In this document: positions 21,981-31,934 of the stretch, in pieces
How the letters are laid out: every line of letters starts with the position of its first letter
Position numbering within the stretch: position 1 is the stretch's first letter
Sequence record: NC_070991.1
Origin: Escherichia phage vB_EcoP_WFI101126
Strand: one strand, 5' to 3'
DNA: 64,000 nt
The notes under the pieces: model-generated
Told to the model about the DNA's origin: nothing
Seen by the model: only the letters and a program-made list of their open reading frames with translations
Databases searched by the model: none
Made by a program: the position numbers and the translations under genes

Positions 21981-22196
21981 TTAGATAGTGCACCCGTCAC
22001 AAGTTAAATCACCTAGAAGGGATAGAGAAAGTAATCTGGATTGCTCATCACTGTATAGTTGATCAATCTCTTCTTTAAGTTTTGCCAACTCCATGAAATT
22101 GATAAGTTGACCATGTTCAAGACAGTCTGTTTTTAGTATAAACAAAACTTCAGCGTCTGTTGAATCTTCACTTGAATATTTATCAATGTATTCCAT
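21981..22196 (-). CDS. hypothetical protein
   Basis: ORF track; acidic small protein. Confidence 0.3.
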   Translation of the reverse strand: MEYIDKYSSEDSTDAEVLFILKTDCLEHGQLINFMELAKLKEEIDQLYSDEQSRLLSLSLLGDLTCDGCTI

Positions 22197-22351
22197 TTTT
22201 ACTCCTATTAATTATGACCAAGATTTAGCTTTCACTTCGACGTATGTTTTAACTTCACCTTTCAAAACTTCCTGAGAAGCATTTGCACTTTCCTCAGAGT
22301 GATGTACAACGGTGATCTCTTTCTTTCCAATCTTATAAGTGTGAATCCAAA

Positions 22352-22519
22352 TCATACTTCTTCCTTATATTCCCAATTTCTTTCATAATATCCAGAGTTA
22401 TAGTTTAGGGCGCACTTCTCGGCCTCTTCTATGTCGTCAGTGTTTAGGATATTTACCCATCCTCCAACTTCATCAAAACCTTCCTCTACTTCGTTAAACC
22501 ATACACTATATTTCTTCAT
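22352..22519 (-). CDS. hypothetical protein
   Basis: ORF track, internal Met start. Confidence 0.25.
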   Translation of the reverse strand: MKKYSVWFNEVEEGFDEVGGWVNILNTDDIEEAEKCALNYNSGYYERNWEYKEEV

Positions 22520-22688
22520 CGAGAAGTTCTTCCCCAATCTTTTACATAGCATCGACCGTTAACCCACTTCGTCTCTGACTTAAATTCTTGAGACAATCTC
22601 ACTTCACAGTCTTCTCTACTGGCATCCCCTCCGATATCAATCAGATATAGGAATAGAGCTATACCTAAAGCCCAAAGAATTATCTTCT

Positions 22689-23099
22689 TCATCGAATCAC
22701 CAAAGGCTCCTCAGAGTACACAGGAGCGGCTATTTCTACAGGAGGTGCTGCCCTAAGGTCATTAAGTCTTACACCCTTCAGCATCCCATCTAGGTGGTCC
22801 TTTTGGGGGATTCCAACAGGGAAGTCGTCAATCCAGATATCTACAAAGAAACCTAGCTGCCGACATACCTCATCCTTTTGTACACCATTGCAAAAGATGA
22901 TAGGAATCTGCAAACACTCTGCATCAATCTTAATATCGTGATTATCATACCCATTAGGCTCTGCAAAGCGATAAGTTACAAAACGTACATCATAGCCCTT
23001 TTCTTGCATTAAAGCCACCACAGAGCGCCACAGCTTTTTATCTGAGGTGTAAGTGTCATCGTAATCTAAGCCAATATTCATGTCAAATCCTTTAGACAA
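22689..23099 (-). CDS. HAD-superfamily phosphatase (nucleotidase-like)
   Basis: N-terminal DxDxT-type motif (GLDYDDTYT) and later WIDD acidic motif. Confidence 0.45.
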   Translation of the reverse strand: MSKGFDMNIGLDYDDTYTSDKKLWRSVVALMQEKGYDVRFVTYRFAEPNGYDNHDIKIDAECLQIPIIFCNGVQKDEVCRQLGFFVDIWIDDFPVGIPQKDHLDGMLKGVRLNDLRAAPPVEIAAPVYSEEPLVIR

Positions 23100-23100
23100 G

Positions 23101-23125
23101 AAAAGCCGCCCGAAGGCAGCTTCTT
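23101..23125 (-). terminator. intrinsic terminator (conserved GCCGCCCGAAGGCAGC hairpin)
   Basis: Hairpin with T-run on - strand; near-identical copy at 53914. Confidence 0.4.
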
Positions 23126-23127
23126 AT

Positions 23128-23325
23128 TTAACTGTTCACTTTAGCTTCAAGTGTTTCGTTTTCAATACTCAAGTCAATCACTACACCAGTAAGCTCAACG
23201 ACTGCTTGGCGAAGGGCATCTTTACCCATAGAGTGTACTTGAGATAAGAAGAAAGCTTTACCTTCTTCAGTGGATAGGGTTTCTTTCAGTTCAGTTGCAG
23301 TCATTCTTTTCCTCTCTCTTTCCAT
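23128..23325 (-). CDS. hypothetical protein
   Basis: ORF track. Confidence 0.3.
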   Translation of the reverse strand: MERERKRMTATELKETLSTEEGKAFFLSQVHSMGKDALRQAVVELTGVVIDLSIENETLEAKVNS

Positions 23326-23481
23326 AGTTCAGCCAGTTCTAAATAATATTGTGCTTCATCAGCACGTCCTTGTTCACTACAGATGGCGCTTTGACGATAA
23401 CACCAATCCGATGGCATCTCTTCCACTTCAATCTCCTTGTTACGAACCAATCAATAAGAATAGTTCATTCGTCTTATTTGT

Positions 23482-23718
23482 TCACTCTGCCAATGCAGGT
23501 ATCTCTAATCTCTTAATTGTGAATGCTTTGTCTGGAAACTTTCGAACTAGCTCCACTGCTTTGCTAATTGCTAAGTTCTCTGTTTCAAAGATACAGAATT
23601 GACCATTCAGCGCGGTAATAGTGGAGCCACCACTGAAGATGGCCCAAGATTTATAATAACCACGAACGCTCATAACCCACCTTAGTGCGTATGCATCCAG
23701 TTTAGTCCAATCTGACAA
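23482..23718 (-). CDS. hypothetical protein
   Basis: ORF track. Confidence 0.3.
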   Translation of the reverse strand: MSDWTKLDAYALRWVMSVRGYYKSWAIFSGGSTITALNGQFCIFETENLAISKAVELVRKFPDKAFTIKRLEIPALAE

Positions 23719-25526
23719 TCAGAAGCCAGAGGACATTCCATGTTCAAATATTCACCCGCTTTCTTAACACAAAGCTCAGTGTGTTCTTTGAGTTTCTGTA
23801 CATCATTACGATTCACTGAGAATTGGCCCTCATCGTGCATATCAATTACCTTAGCACAACGAACCCTATCCCTCTCAATCCACTTGTTTAGGAACATCAT
23901 AGCATATTTCATAACAACAGCACCAGCACATTGCAGGAGAGTGTTAAGTGCTTTATGAACCATAACCTTACCAGTGGCATCTCGTCTCATTGTAATCTTA
24001 CGACCATCAACACCAATCAAGTATCCTTGAGCAGCTTTCTCTGTCATACGATCAATGAGGATTGCAATACATGGGTTCTCTGCCAAGAAACGTGCTCGCA
24101 TCACTGAACCTTCGTCAGCCCCACCACCTACAATTGAACCAAGCTTAGCGTCTCCAGCACCGTAGTTGAATGCATAGATAAACGTTTTAGCATTGTCACG
24201 AGTAGGAAGACCAGCAAGTTTCTGGTTGTGGGAGTGGATATCGCCTTCAAGGAGGATATCACGATACATAATAGCAGAAGCTAAACCACGTTCTGCCAGA
24301 GCTTTCTTAGCTGGATTGTTTTCTTCTATCGCTTCAGCAAGCATATCCCTACACTCTTTAATGAGGTAGTGAGCGAGCATACGAAGCTCAAGTCCAGAAC
24401 CATCATACCCTAAGAATACTTCTTTACCAGCGGGTATGTAATATTTGTAAGCACCTACAGGTTTGTCTTTCTTCCCCGGCTTACCTTTCTCGTAAATTAC
24501 GTTAGTACCTTTTCGTATATAACAACCATCAGGAACAACGTTAGTAATAACGAAAGGACGAGAATGATCACTGTCTGAGTTATAGTCAGACTCAAACAGA
24601 CTGCGACACTCGTGACCAAACAGACCACGGGAGGGAATATTAACCACGATACGATGTTTGAATCGAAAAGTCGGAGTAGCGCAGCTGTTAGCTTCTGCCG
24701 AAAGTTTACCATCTTCGCGTTCCTTTGCTATGAGTCCACTGATAAGACCTAGCCTGTGAGCCGCTACAACGCGTCTCTTAAGCAAACTTCCGACACTCCC
24801 TAGCTCACCCCCTAGCCCCTCTTCAAGAGTCTCCTCGAGGTTTGTAGGAGCTGTAGGCCACTTGTTTGATGTGGCTAGTGCTTTCTTAATCTCATCAAAC
24901 GTTACAGGATTACGACGATTAGGGTTCAATCCCAAACCAAATACGTAAGCCTTCATATAGTTCTTAGTCTTAAACCTGAAATGCTTTTCTAAGAACTTCT
25001 TAATATCAGCGTCAACCATCTCGGCTGTCTGCTTCTGTTTAGCATTGCCTCGCATCCAAGCAGTGTACCATGCTTGATACGTTCCATACTTTCTCATATC
25101 TTTCTTAATTTCGAAAGTATTCCAAGGCTTCTTAGATACATTAAACTCTGGAGGAAGAAAGCCCTCATCCATAAGAGCTTCTTTAACTCGAGCATCTTTC
25201 GATGGGTCAAAGTCTACGTATTCAACACAGGTGAAAGCTCCACCAATATCTTCTCTTTTCAGCCCAACCCTATCACAATAGGCTTGAGGCCACTTCTGTA
25301 AAGCTCCAGACTTCTTAAACGGCTTCATATAAGTAGAGCCGTCTAATCTCATCTTAGGTAAGAGAGGAATCAACTCTCTGTCAATATTAACAATAATCTC
25401 TTTAAGGAGGTGAACATACCACCGAGCATTTCTTCGGTTGAAACTCACTCCGTGCTTTGCTTGCTTAGAGATTATATCAGCGACAGTCATCTCTGTCAAA
25501 AATGGAAGAGCGTCCGGGTTGCTCAC
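23682..25526 (-). CDS. DNA polymerase, family A polymerase domain (no exonuclease domain)
   Basis: Motif A YDGSGLELR and motif B-like FNYGAGDAKLG of Pol I family; 614 aa. Confidence 0.85.
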   Translation of the reverse strand: MSNPDALPFLTEMTVADIISKQAKHGVSFNRRNARWYVHLLKEIIVNIDRELIPLLPKMRLDGSTYMKPFKKSGALQKWPQAYCDRVGLKREDIGGAFTCVEYVDFDPSKDARVKEALMDEGFLPPEFNVSKKPWNTFEIKKDMRKYGTYQAWYTAWMRGNAKQKQTAEMVDADIKKFLEKHFRFKTKNYMKAYVFGLGLNPNRRNPVTFDEIKKALATSNKWPTAPTNLEETLEEGLGGELGSVGSLLKRRVVAAHRLGLISGLIAKEREDGKLSAEANSCATPTFRFKHRIVVNIPSRGLFGHECRSLFESDYNSDSDHSRPFVITNVVPDGCYIRKGTNVIYEKGKPGKKDKPVGAYKYYIPAGKEVFLGYDGSGLELRMLAHYLIKECRDMLAEAIEENNPAKKALAERGLASAIMYRDILLEGDIHSHNQKLAGLPTRDNAKTFIYAFNYGAGDAKLGSIVGGGADEGSVMRARFLAENPCIAILIDRMTEKAAQGYLIGVDGRKITMRRDATGKVMVHKALNTLLQCAGAVVMKYAMMFLNKWIERDRVRCAKVIDMHDEGQFSVNRNDVQKLKEHTELCVKKAGEYLNMECPLASDCQIGLNWMHTH

Positions 25527-25542
25527 TTTATACTCCTTTGAA

Positions 25543-25965
25543 TTATTGGTAAAGTAAATCTGTAAATGCTTGGTTATCTTCTACCACACCTAACATGGTA
25601 GCTTCATCACTATAAGCTCTAACCGACCCATTGACAACTGTCCAAGGAGGGGGCGGAGGAGGTATATGTGTAGCTCTGGCTTCACGAGGTTGTTCTCGTA
25701 CCAGATGAGCCACAACTCTCTGATTAGCAACCTCTTCCCTTTCTCGAATAGCTCTTTGAATGTAAGCCAGCTTCATACCCCAAGCTTCTTCAAATTCTTG
25801 AGGGTGCTTATCGCTGATAACCACATACTGACGTTCAGGAATACCAGAGCGAATCTCTGATAATAATTCATGGAACAGGTCCAGTTCGTGCTCAGTGAGA
25901 TTCATTTCAATATCATCCCACTTGAGAACTAGGAAACGGTTTTGGTGTCTAGCTGGTAATGGCAT
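25543..25965 (-). CDS. hypothetical protein
   Basis: ORF track; PPPPPPW tract. Confidence 0.35.
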   Translation of the reverse strand: MPLPARHQNRFLVLKWDDIEMNLTEHELDLFHELLSEIRSGIPERQYVVISDKHPQEFEEAWGMKLAYIQRAIREREEVANQRVVAHLVREQPREARATHIPPPPPPWTVVNGSVRAYSDEATMLGVVEDNQAFTDLLYQ

Positions 25966-25966
25966 C

Positions 25967-26125
25967 CTACTCCACCTCTACTTCAATGTAAGTTCTCTCG
26001 CCAACATCGTCTTTTAAGACCCATGACTTGGCATCTTCTTCCGACTTAAAAGCTTTCACAACGCTGTATCCGCCTTCCCATTCATCACCGAACCAGCGCT
26101 GTCCTACGTAAATGTATTCTTTCAT
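25967..26125 (-). CDS. small hypothetical protein
   Basis: Compact ORF filling gap. Confidence 0.25.
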   Translation of the reverse strand: MKEYIYVGQRWFGDEWEGGYSVVKAFKSEEDAKSWVLKDDVGERTYIEVEVE

Positions 26126-26128
26126 CAC

Positions 26129-26413
26129 TCAACCTTTCGGGAATGGCATTAAAAATTCTACAGCAGATTTGATTTCGTTATTGATTCGTGAATCACGGTA
26201 AGAGATAAACTTACCTTTGCTGTCACGTAACATCACATGGGTTCTGGCTGTTTTGTGAGGAAGCAAAGTGATACTGGTTGGGATAGTATCAATTCCTACA
26301 GAGAATGAATTAATAGTCTTACTTTCTACTAGCAGATAAGACCAAGTACGGGGTTTCTGCTCCGGGCGGTTGGGGTATGTATCTCTAATCTGAACCATAG
26401 CTAACTTATTCAT
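26129..26413 (-). CDS. hypothetical protein, tandem paralog A (…FPKG C-terminus)
   Basis: Shares ART.V.LR...GKF.SY and C-terminal PFPKG with 26415..26669. Confidence 0.4.
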   Translation of the reverse strand: MNKLAMVQIRDTYPNRPEQKPRTWSYLLVESKTINSFSVGIDTIPTSITLLPHKTARTHVMLRDSKGKFISYRDSRINNEIKSAVEFLMPFPKG

Positions 26414-26414
26414 A

Positions 26415-26669
26415 TTAAACTCCTTTAGGGAATGGGATGAGGTTTTCTATTGCAACACGGAAAGATTTTTCTACATCTTTGTTTTTATAAGAAAGGAATT
26501 TACCATCAGCGCCACGAAGGATTACGTTAGTGCGAGCTGTATTTGGGTTTTGTTGAATCATAGAACGAATGATGTTCTCTGAACCTCTGTGTTTATTGGT
26601 GAATTTCCAACTGATAGTTTTACCGGTACGAGTTACATCAATGATATTTACAGATTTTACAATAGACAT
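26415..26669 (-). CDS. hypothetical protein, tandem paralog B
   Basis: See paralog A. Confidence 0.4.
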   Translation of the reverse strand: MSIVKSVNIIDVTRTGKTISWKFTNKHRGSENIIRSMIQQNPNTARTNVILRGADGKFLSYKNKDVEKSFRVAIENLIPFPKGV

Positions 26670-26738
26670 ATTTATTACCTAAGAAGTTTAATTTGGTTTA
26701 TATAAAAGAAAAGGCCACCTGATTAGGCAGCCTTTGTT

Positions 26739-27032
26739 CTAGAGACGAAGACAAGTTTGGTAGTCGGCTTCAGTGTAATGGTTATTTCGAGAATCGTTTT
26801 TCATTTCCTTAAGAGTAGCCCTCAAGTCAATGTTACGCTCTCTCCTTGTCCTATTCGGGTCTGTATCTTCTAATAGATGGGAGTGATCACTACAAGAGTA
26901 GTGCTTATAGTGGTCCCTGTATCCCCTACTTGGAGAATACTTGGTCATTAAAGTTGCAACTCTTTTTACACCCTCTGATTTACAGAATTTACAATAAGTG
27001 TGAATTGTACATCTTTTTGTTTCTGCTGACAC
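26739..27032 (-). CDS. Cys/His-rich small protein (zinc-binding?)
   Basis: C..C..C plus multiple His/Cys. Confidence 0.35.
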   Translation of the reverse strand: MSAETKRCTIHTYCKFCKSEGVKRVATLMTKYSPSRGYRDHYKHYSCSDHSHLLEDTDPNRTRRERNIDLRATLKEMKNDSRNNHYTEADYQTCLRL

Positions 27033-27042
27033 TATAACCTCT

Positions 27043-27357
27043 TTATGAGCTTAAAGCTCCTTTGCGTGCTCCAGCTGCTTTTCCAGCTCGATCACCACTT
27101 TTGCCGCCGTTTGAACGGTTTGAGCTGACTGATTCAACACGTAAGTTGCTTGACGCATTAGAACCTTCAGACTTGACAGCTCGTTTGTGTCCAACATCTT
27201 TACCTCTGACAGCAGCTTTTCCATCGCGCTTTTCAACGATGCGACGTGCACGGTGGCGCTGAGCATCTCCGCTCTTGCTCCCAACGCCTGTCTCACCACG
27301 GGCAATTGCGGTACGTCTTTCTTGTGCATAATCTCTCTTTCCTACATGATCTGCCAT
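27043..27357 (-). CDS. basic Gly/Arg/Lys/Ser-rich disordered protein
   Basis: AAGGAG SD 6 nt before ATG; TAATGTATA motif 36 nt upstream. Confidence 0.45.
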   Translation of the reverse strand: MADHVGKRDYAQERRTAIARGETGVGSKSGDAQRHRARRIVEKRDGKAAVRGKDVGHKRAVKSEGSNASSNLRVESVSSNRSNGGKSGDRAGKAAGARKGALSS

Positions 27358-27393
27358 TTAAAACTCCTTAATATATCAGTGTACACTAAGGAG

Positions 27394-27402
27394 TATACAT
27401 TA
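27394..27402 (-). promoter_or_regulatory. phage-type promoter motif (TAATGTATA on - strand)
   Basis: Exact 9-mer 36 nt upstream of ATG 27357. Confidence 0.5.
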
Positions 27403-27411
27403 TGAATGGTG

Positions 27412-27660
27412 TTAAAACTCTGCTAAGTACTTAATATCAGAGGCATATACCTCATCAAAGGAAATAGGCTCTCCGTTGTAGAGGAGTTCTATTTTCAGTA
27501 TACCAGAGCATTTAGTGTCTTTAGAGTCAACTCTGATAGAGAGTTTATCAACTATCTGAGCTTTAATCTCTTCTATTACTGACTCTTGAGTATTACTCAC
27601 TCCACCCTCCCGGTGGTACAAAATCATCAGGAACGTCAATGATAGTAGGTTCTCCATCAT
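27412..27660 (-). CDS. hypothetical protein
   Basis: ORF track. Confidence 0.3.
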   Translation of the reverse strand: MMENLLSLTFLMILYHREGGVSNTQESVIEEIKAQIVDKLSIRVDSKDTKCSGILKIELLYNGEPISFDEVYASDIKYLAEF

Positions 27661-27778
27661 TCATGCAGGTGTCTTCATTGAACTCTTCACACTCAAAACA
27701 TGCTCGTTCGATATTTTTGTAGAAGTCGATGGTTGCTGAACCATCACCACAATCTCGAATAACTAGAGCTACTTTCAT
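27593..27778 (-). CDS. hypothetical protein
   Basis: ORF track; overlaps neighbour. Confidence 0.2.
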   Translation of the reverse strand: MKVALVIRDCGDGSATIDFYKNIERACFECEEFNEDTCMNDGEPTIIDVPDDFVPPGGWSE

Positions 27779-28518
27779 TTATCTTGTTCCTTTTCCATAG
27801 CCTTAACAATAGCTTTACAGAAACCAGAACGAACAATGTCATCCGATTCGCCGTCTACAATCTCAGCGAACTCATACAGATCATGTTCATCAATAAAGTT
27901 GGTAGCCCAAGTAAGACCGCTCTCACGACCACGCATATCATGCTGGTTAGTATCACCCATGCAGAACAGCTGAGAGGTTTCTCCCAATCGAGTCATGATT
28001 GAGAAGGCTTCATCTTTAGTGGTGTTCTGGAACTCATCAACAATAACAATAGCATCATTGAAAGAACGACCACGGAGATACTCCAGAGGTACAAATTCAA
28101 TGTTACCATTTCCGATTTGGCATTCATAAAACCCTTTACCATATCGCTGAGTAATAACATCAATGATAGGCATCAGGTAGGGTTCAAACTTCTCACGCAT
28201 CCCTCCCGGAAGCAACCCAAGAGAGTTGCCCATACCGACTGAAGGACGACTCAGGATAATCTTCTGAATCTTACCACTCTTCAGTGCATCAATAACTGTG
28301 GAAGTGATTACAAAGGTCTTACCACAGCCCGCAGGAGCGTCTGTGAACACAACTTGTTTAGTCTTGATAGCATTTAGTAGTTCAGACTGAAACTGGTTCT
28401 GAGGGACTACAGGCTTCGCTAAAACCACTTCTTCAAACTCTCGCTTACCTTTACGAGTGACAAGTGCTTCCCGACGAAGATCTTTCCGTGATTCTTTCCG
28501 TGATTGACGACGACTCAT
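27775..28518 (-). CDS. phoH: PhoH-like ATPase
   Basis: Walker A DAPAGCGKTF and PhoH-like downstream motifs. Confidence 0.8.
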   Translation of the reverse strand: MSRRQSRKESRKDLRREALVTRKGKREFEEVVLAKPVVPQNQFQSELLNAIKTKQVVFTDAPAGCGKTFVITSTVIDALKSGKIQKIILSRPSVGMGNSLGLLPGGMREKFEPYLMPIIDVITQRYGKGFYECQIGNGNIEFVPLEYLRGRSFNDAIVIVDEFQNTTKDEAFSIMTRLGETSQLFCMGDTNQHDMRGRESGLTWATNFIDEHDLYEFAEIVDGESDDIVRSGFCKAIVKAMEKEQDK

Positions 28519-28712
28519 TTACGCTCTCCAATTTCTTCGTAATGACATTCAGTAGTTAAACAATCTTTACAGATTGCTGTGTAAACTCTGACGTTAGTAA
28601 ATCGTTTGTTCTTCCCTTTGGTTGGAGAGCCTTTGGCAAGCTCTCTGATAACCTTGTTACTTAAGTGAAGGTTTGTCCCTTCACATTTAGAGCACTTCAC
28701 CACAAAGTCCAT
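28515..28712 (-). CDS. small Cys-containing hypothetical protein
   Basis: ORF track; CxxC pairs. Confidence 0.3.
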   Translation of the reverse strand: MDFVVKCSKCEGTNLHLSNKVIRELAKGSPTKGKNKRFTNVRVYTAICKDCLTTECHYEEIGERK

Positions 28713-28897
28713 TCAGTAAGAGACCACAGAGAGTCACCTATGTTGGCATTGTCATTCCTGATGAGGTCTTTGATTTTATCAACATCAGTTAAGTGAGTCA
28801 CATTCAAAATATCCTCAACATCCGGGGCATATTTAAATATGGCAACAATACTGTTGTGATCTTCAGCATATCTTTCTAGAACATAAACTGAACTCAT
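28697..28897 (-). CDS. hypothetical protein
   Basis: ORF track. Confidence 0.3.
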   Translation of the reverse strand: MSSVYVLERYAEDHNSIVAIFKYAPDVEDILNVTHLTDVDKIKDLIRNDNANIGDSLWSLTEWTLW

Positions 28898-29046
28898 TTG
28901 AAATCCTCTAACTTAGTAGAGAGTTTAATGATGCTGTTAATACTAATAATCTGATCTTGAGAAAGAGTTCTACCTTTCATTTTACGGGACATCTTTCTTT
29001 TTGATTGTCTTTCTTGATAGAATCGGTTCTTTAAAGTCTTAACCAT
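28894..29046 (-). CDS. small basic hypothetical protein
   Basis: Internal start chosen to avoid overlap with 29039..29362. Confidence 0.2.
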   Translation of the reverse strand: MVKTLKNRFYQERQSKRKMSRKMKGRTLSQDQIISINSIIKLSTKLEDFK

Positions 29047-29362
29047 GACGTACACCTGTTTTAAGTCTGTAAACAGATAGGGCCATACAGGCCACTGTTT
29101 CATTGTGTGGGAGATGCATTCCTGTAGAACCATCCCAATCTTTGAACTCGTTGTCAAAAACTCCGGTAGGTTCTGGATAGAGGTCTTGCAACTCAACCAA
29201 ATCGTTAGCAACTTGTTGCCATTTATCATCAGACCAGATAGGGTCATCCAACCAGTAATACAAATAGGAATGGATGATCAATTGCCTTCTATGCCGATTG
29301 ATTACTTCAGCGGGACTTATCTCACTTCCATTTGAAGTCCTAAATGTATTACTGTCAATCAT
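29039..29362 (-). CDS. hypothetical protein
   Basis: ORF track. Confidence 0.35.
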   Translation of the reverse strand: MIDSNTFRTSNGSEISPAEVINRHRRQLIIHSYLYYWLDDPIWSDDKWQQVANDLVELQDLYPEPTGVFDNEFKDWDGSTGMHLPHNETVACMALSVYRLKTGVRHG

Positions 29363-29544
29363 TTCACAACCTTAAATTTGAATGTTGTTGGGTGATAATA
29401 GTGCAACCTGTTAATGGTGTGCTTTGTTTCAAGATATATCCTACAAGAGTGACACATAACATGAGATAAACCAGTCACAGGGTTGGGTTTGAAGTTGGCG
29501 ATAGGCTTCTCTTTCTTACAGAAACTACAGACTTTCTTTTCCAT
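29359..29544 (-). CDS. small Cys-rich hypothetical protein
   Basis: CSFC...CHSC pattern. Confidence 0.3.
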   Translation of the reverse strand: MEKKVCSFCKKEKPIANFKPNPVTGLSHVMCHSCRIYLETKHTINRLHYYHPTTFKFKVVK

Positions 29545-29758
29545 CTTTTCTCCAGTGGTCAACGAATTGCTGAAACACTTTATGGTCGAATGTGAAACCT
29601 CGAGCAATCCCACACTCTATGAAAGTAGAAGGCATATAGTCTACATCATCTTTAGATGTATGACCATAAACTTGAATAAGCTTTTTAATCCTATCCTTCT
29701 CTCTTCGAGGAAGCATTCTAAATGCCTCCTGAATATCTGTAATGTGTTTGATTTTCAT
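29525..29758 (-). CDS. hypothetical protein
   Basis: ORF track. Confidence 0.35.
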   Translation of the reverse strand: MKIKHITDIQEAFRMLPRREKDRIKKLIQVYGHTSKDDVDYMPSTFIECGIARGFTFDHKVFQQFVDHWRKDGKESL

Positions 29759-29907
29759 CAGAAATTCCTGCTAATCCTCTGAGTTGTGGGAACAGCAATA
29801 TTCACATACTCCACAACAAGGGCAAATATCTACACTTGGGTCGTATGCATCATCAACTGTCATCCCACACTTGGTGCAGAACACATCATCATCTTCCTCT
29901 TCCAATA

Positions 29908-30162
29908 TTAGCCCTCCAAACAAGAACCATTAGACAGTAATTCCACGCTGTCAAGTGTGTAATAATAACCAAAGAATGGGGATGTTAACTTGGAAACCTT
30001 TTTATCAAAAAGAGATTGAGAAACACTCTCTTCTACTCCAACATCTTCAAGCTGTTGTTTTGTAGGATAGTCAGTGAAAGAGCAAAGCACTTCTATGTCC
30101 TCCCCTATGTCCGTGTCTTCAACACGGCTCAGAATCCAAATATCCTTCTTAACCATTTCCAC
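29908..30162 (-). CDS. hypothetical protein
   Basis: ORF track. Confidence 0.3.
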   Translation of the reverse strand: MEMVKKDIWILSRVEDTDIGEDIEVLCSFTDYPTKQQLEDVGVEESVSQSLFDKKVSKLTSPFFGYYYTLDSVELLSNGSCLEG

Positions 30163-30814
30163 TCTCCAAAGTTTTCTTCAGAGCTGCCCACGAGATAGGG
30201 TAGAGCTTCGCCATCTCTTCGTCTACGGATTTAGCAAATACTCGAACTTCGTATTGAGCGTGAGAGGAGAGTCGCTGACGACACAACTCAAACCATCCAT
30301 ACAAAGAACCAGTCCACACCCACTCAGTGATCATCCCCTGAGGGAGTACAAATCGGGCTTGCTCTGGTGCAATAAATTCAATCAACTTGTCATATGCTGC
30401 TAGAGAAGCTTCATATGCATCGTTAATTAACATTAATGCTTCAGCTCGCTCTCCGTCGATGAGCTGAACCCCTGAACCTGCATGGAGGTCCGAAGGTCTC
30501 GCAAAAATCTCTTTAGGGATGAAGACTTCAACTGCTCCATCTTTATACCGCCGGGACATTTCGTTCCACGAGAATCCAACCTGATGCTTGCCCAGCTGTC
30601 TCGCAATTGCGATAGGTGCTTTGCATCGGAAACTGACTTGCGGGTGTCGGAATGGGGTAACATGCTTCTCTCTTGCGAGGAAGTTGATGAGACGTTCATC
30701 ACGTTCATTTAAATCACCTTCACGGGTTACGCCAAAGGAAACTCGAGCTGCGTTTACTACGCTACGATCACTTCCCATAGCTTCGATTAATGTTGCTTGT
30801 AATTGTTCATTCAT
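30149..30814 (-). CDS. thyX: flavin-dependent thymidylate synthase ThyX-like
   Basis: ThyX-like signature H.....S.NE.S.RY (HQVGFSWNEMSRRY) and AARVSFG N-terminal motif. Confidence 0.7.
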   Translation of the reverse strand: MNEQLQATLIEAMGSDRSVVNAARVSFGVTREGDLNERDERLINFLAREKHVTPFRHPQVSFRCKAPIAIARQLGKHQVGFSWNEMSRRYKDGAVEVFIPKEIFARPSDLHAGSGVQLIDGERAEALMLINDAYEASLAAYDKLIEFIAPEQARFVLPQGMITEWVWTGSLYGWFELCRQRLSSHAQYEVRVFAKSVDEEMAKLYPISWAALKKTLESGNG

Positions 30815-30829
30815 CCGTGAATTTCCTTA

Positions 30830-31039
30830 TTAATATTCCTTGATTGGGGATACCACAAAACCACCAAGAGGTGAGGTAAAAGATTTATGTAAGCTTATTT
30901 TGCTATAAATCTTTGGAGCCATCTTAAGAGCCTTCTTAAAACGACGAGCATCTTTACGAGTAGCAAAATGCTCTGTAACAGGTATAGAATGGTCTTGGTA
31001 GATATAATACATCACCGTCCAGTATTTTCCCATAATCAA
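30830..31039 (-). CDS. small protein, member of TR(K/Q)xAR..KK family
   Basis: ATRKDARRFKKALK motif, C-terminal Tyr; paralogous to 32894-33509 trio. Confidence 0.4.
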   Translation of the reverse strand: MIMGKYWTVMYYIYQDHSIPVTEHFATRKDARRFKKALKMAPKIYSKISLHKSFTSPLGGFVVSPIKEY

Positions 31040-31308
31040 ACACCTAGTGCAGTAGTTAAAAATGCTTTCAGGTTTGCCTCAGTCTGCATACCAGAGAGGC
31101 TGTAGTGTGCACCACTGTTACGGTCAGGTACGACGAAAGCAGGTATGCTTCGTACACCATATTTAACAGCTTGTTCACGACCATCTCCTTCAAGGATGTT
31201 AATCTCTTCCACTTCTACATCAAACTCCCTAACAACCTTCTCAAAGGTAGGAGCCATTGCTTTACATGGAGCACACTGATCACTATAAAACTTAATTACT
31301 TTACTCAT
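31036..31308 (-). CDS. thioredoxin-like protein
   Basis: CAPC active-site-like motif at conserved position, downstream cis-Pro (SIPAF). Confidence 0.7.
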   Translation of the reverse strand: MSKVIKFYSDQCAPCKAMAPTFEKVVREFDVEVEEINILEGDGREQAVKYGVRSIPAFVVPDRNSGAHYSLSGMQTEANLKAFLTTALGV

Positions 31309-31498
31309 TCTATTCCTTGTTAATAAACAGATTGATATGACGCTGGGTAGCAGGAACAACAATAAAAGATTTATACTGACCTTTTGCTAAGTCATGAGCA
31401 ATCTTCTTTGTCTGACCAAGACCCATCACACAGCCACTAACGATAATGGCATGTGCTTGTAATTCTTCAGGTAGGTTTAGTTTCACTCTTTGGGTTCC

Positions 31499-31684
31499 TT
31501 ATAGCATACAAAGAATAATAACAAGAGGTAGTGTTATAGCAAAATGTACCAGAACAACACTACCTAGCTTGATAGCTTTAACATCCTCTTCTGCTGGGTT
31601 TTCTTTAATTGCTAAATTTCGAGCTTTATATATAACAGTACCAACTATTAACGACCACACGGCCCACACAATCAGTGAAATCAT
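31499..31684 (-). CDS. small two-TM membrane protein (paralog 1)
   Basis: Two hydrophobic helices flanking charged loop. Confidence 0.35.
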   Translation of the reverse strand: MISLIVWAVWSLIVGTVIYKARNLAIKENPAEEDVKAIKLGSVVLVHFAITLPLVIILCML

Positions 31685-31693
31685 ATCAAATCC

Positions 31694-31873
31694 TTATGCA
31701 GTCAGGAGGTGAAGCAGGAATGGGATAACAACAGCTACGATAACCATGATAGTTGATGCTGTTTGAATCTCACCTTTCTTATCAGGAGTTTCTTCAATAA
31801 GCTTACCAGAAGCCCAATAAATACCACCACCAATAAAGATAGCCCAAATACCCCATACGATTGCTGATAACAT
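31694..31873 (-). CDS. small two-TM membrane protein (paralog 2)
   Basis: MLSAIVWGIW... similar to 31499..31684; below track cutoff. Confidence 0.3.
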   Translation of the reverse strand: MLSAIVWGIWAIFIGGGIYWASGKLIEETPDKKGEIQTASTIMVIVAVVIPFLLHLLTA

Positions 31874-31934
31874 ATATCTATATCCTTATAAATAAGTTCG
31901 CCCCACCTCGGGTTAGGAGACAGGGCGGAGGTTT

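Noticed and set aside
27051-27329. Alternative-frame ORF (92 aa) nested in the basic-protein gene 27043..27357
   Set aside because: No RBS of its own, whereas 27043..27357 has AAGGAG plus an upstream promoter motif; kept only as a possible overlapping gene.
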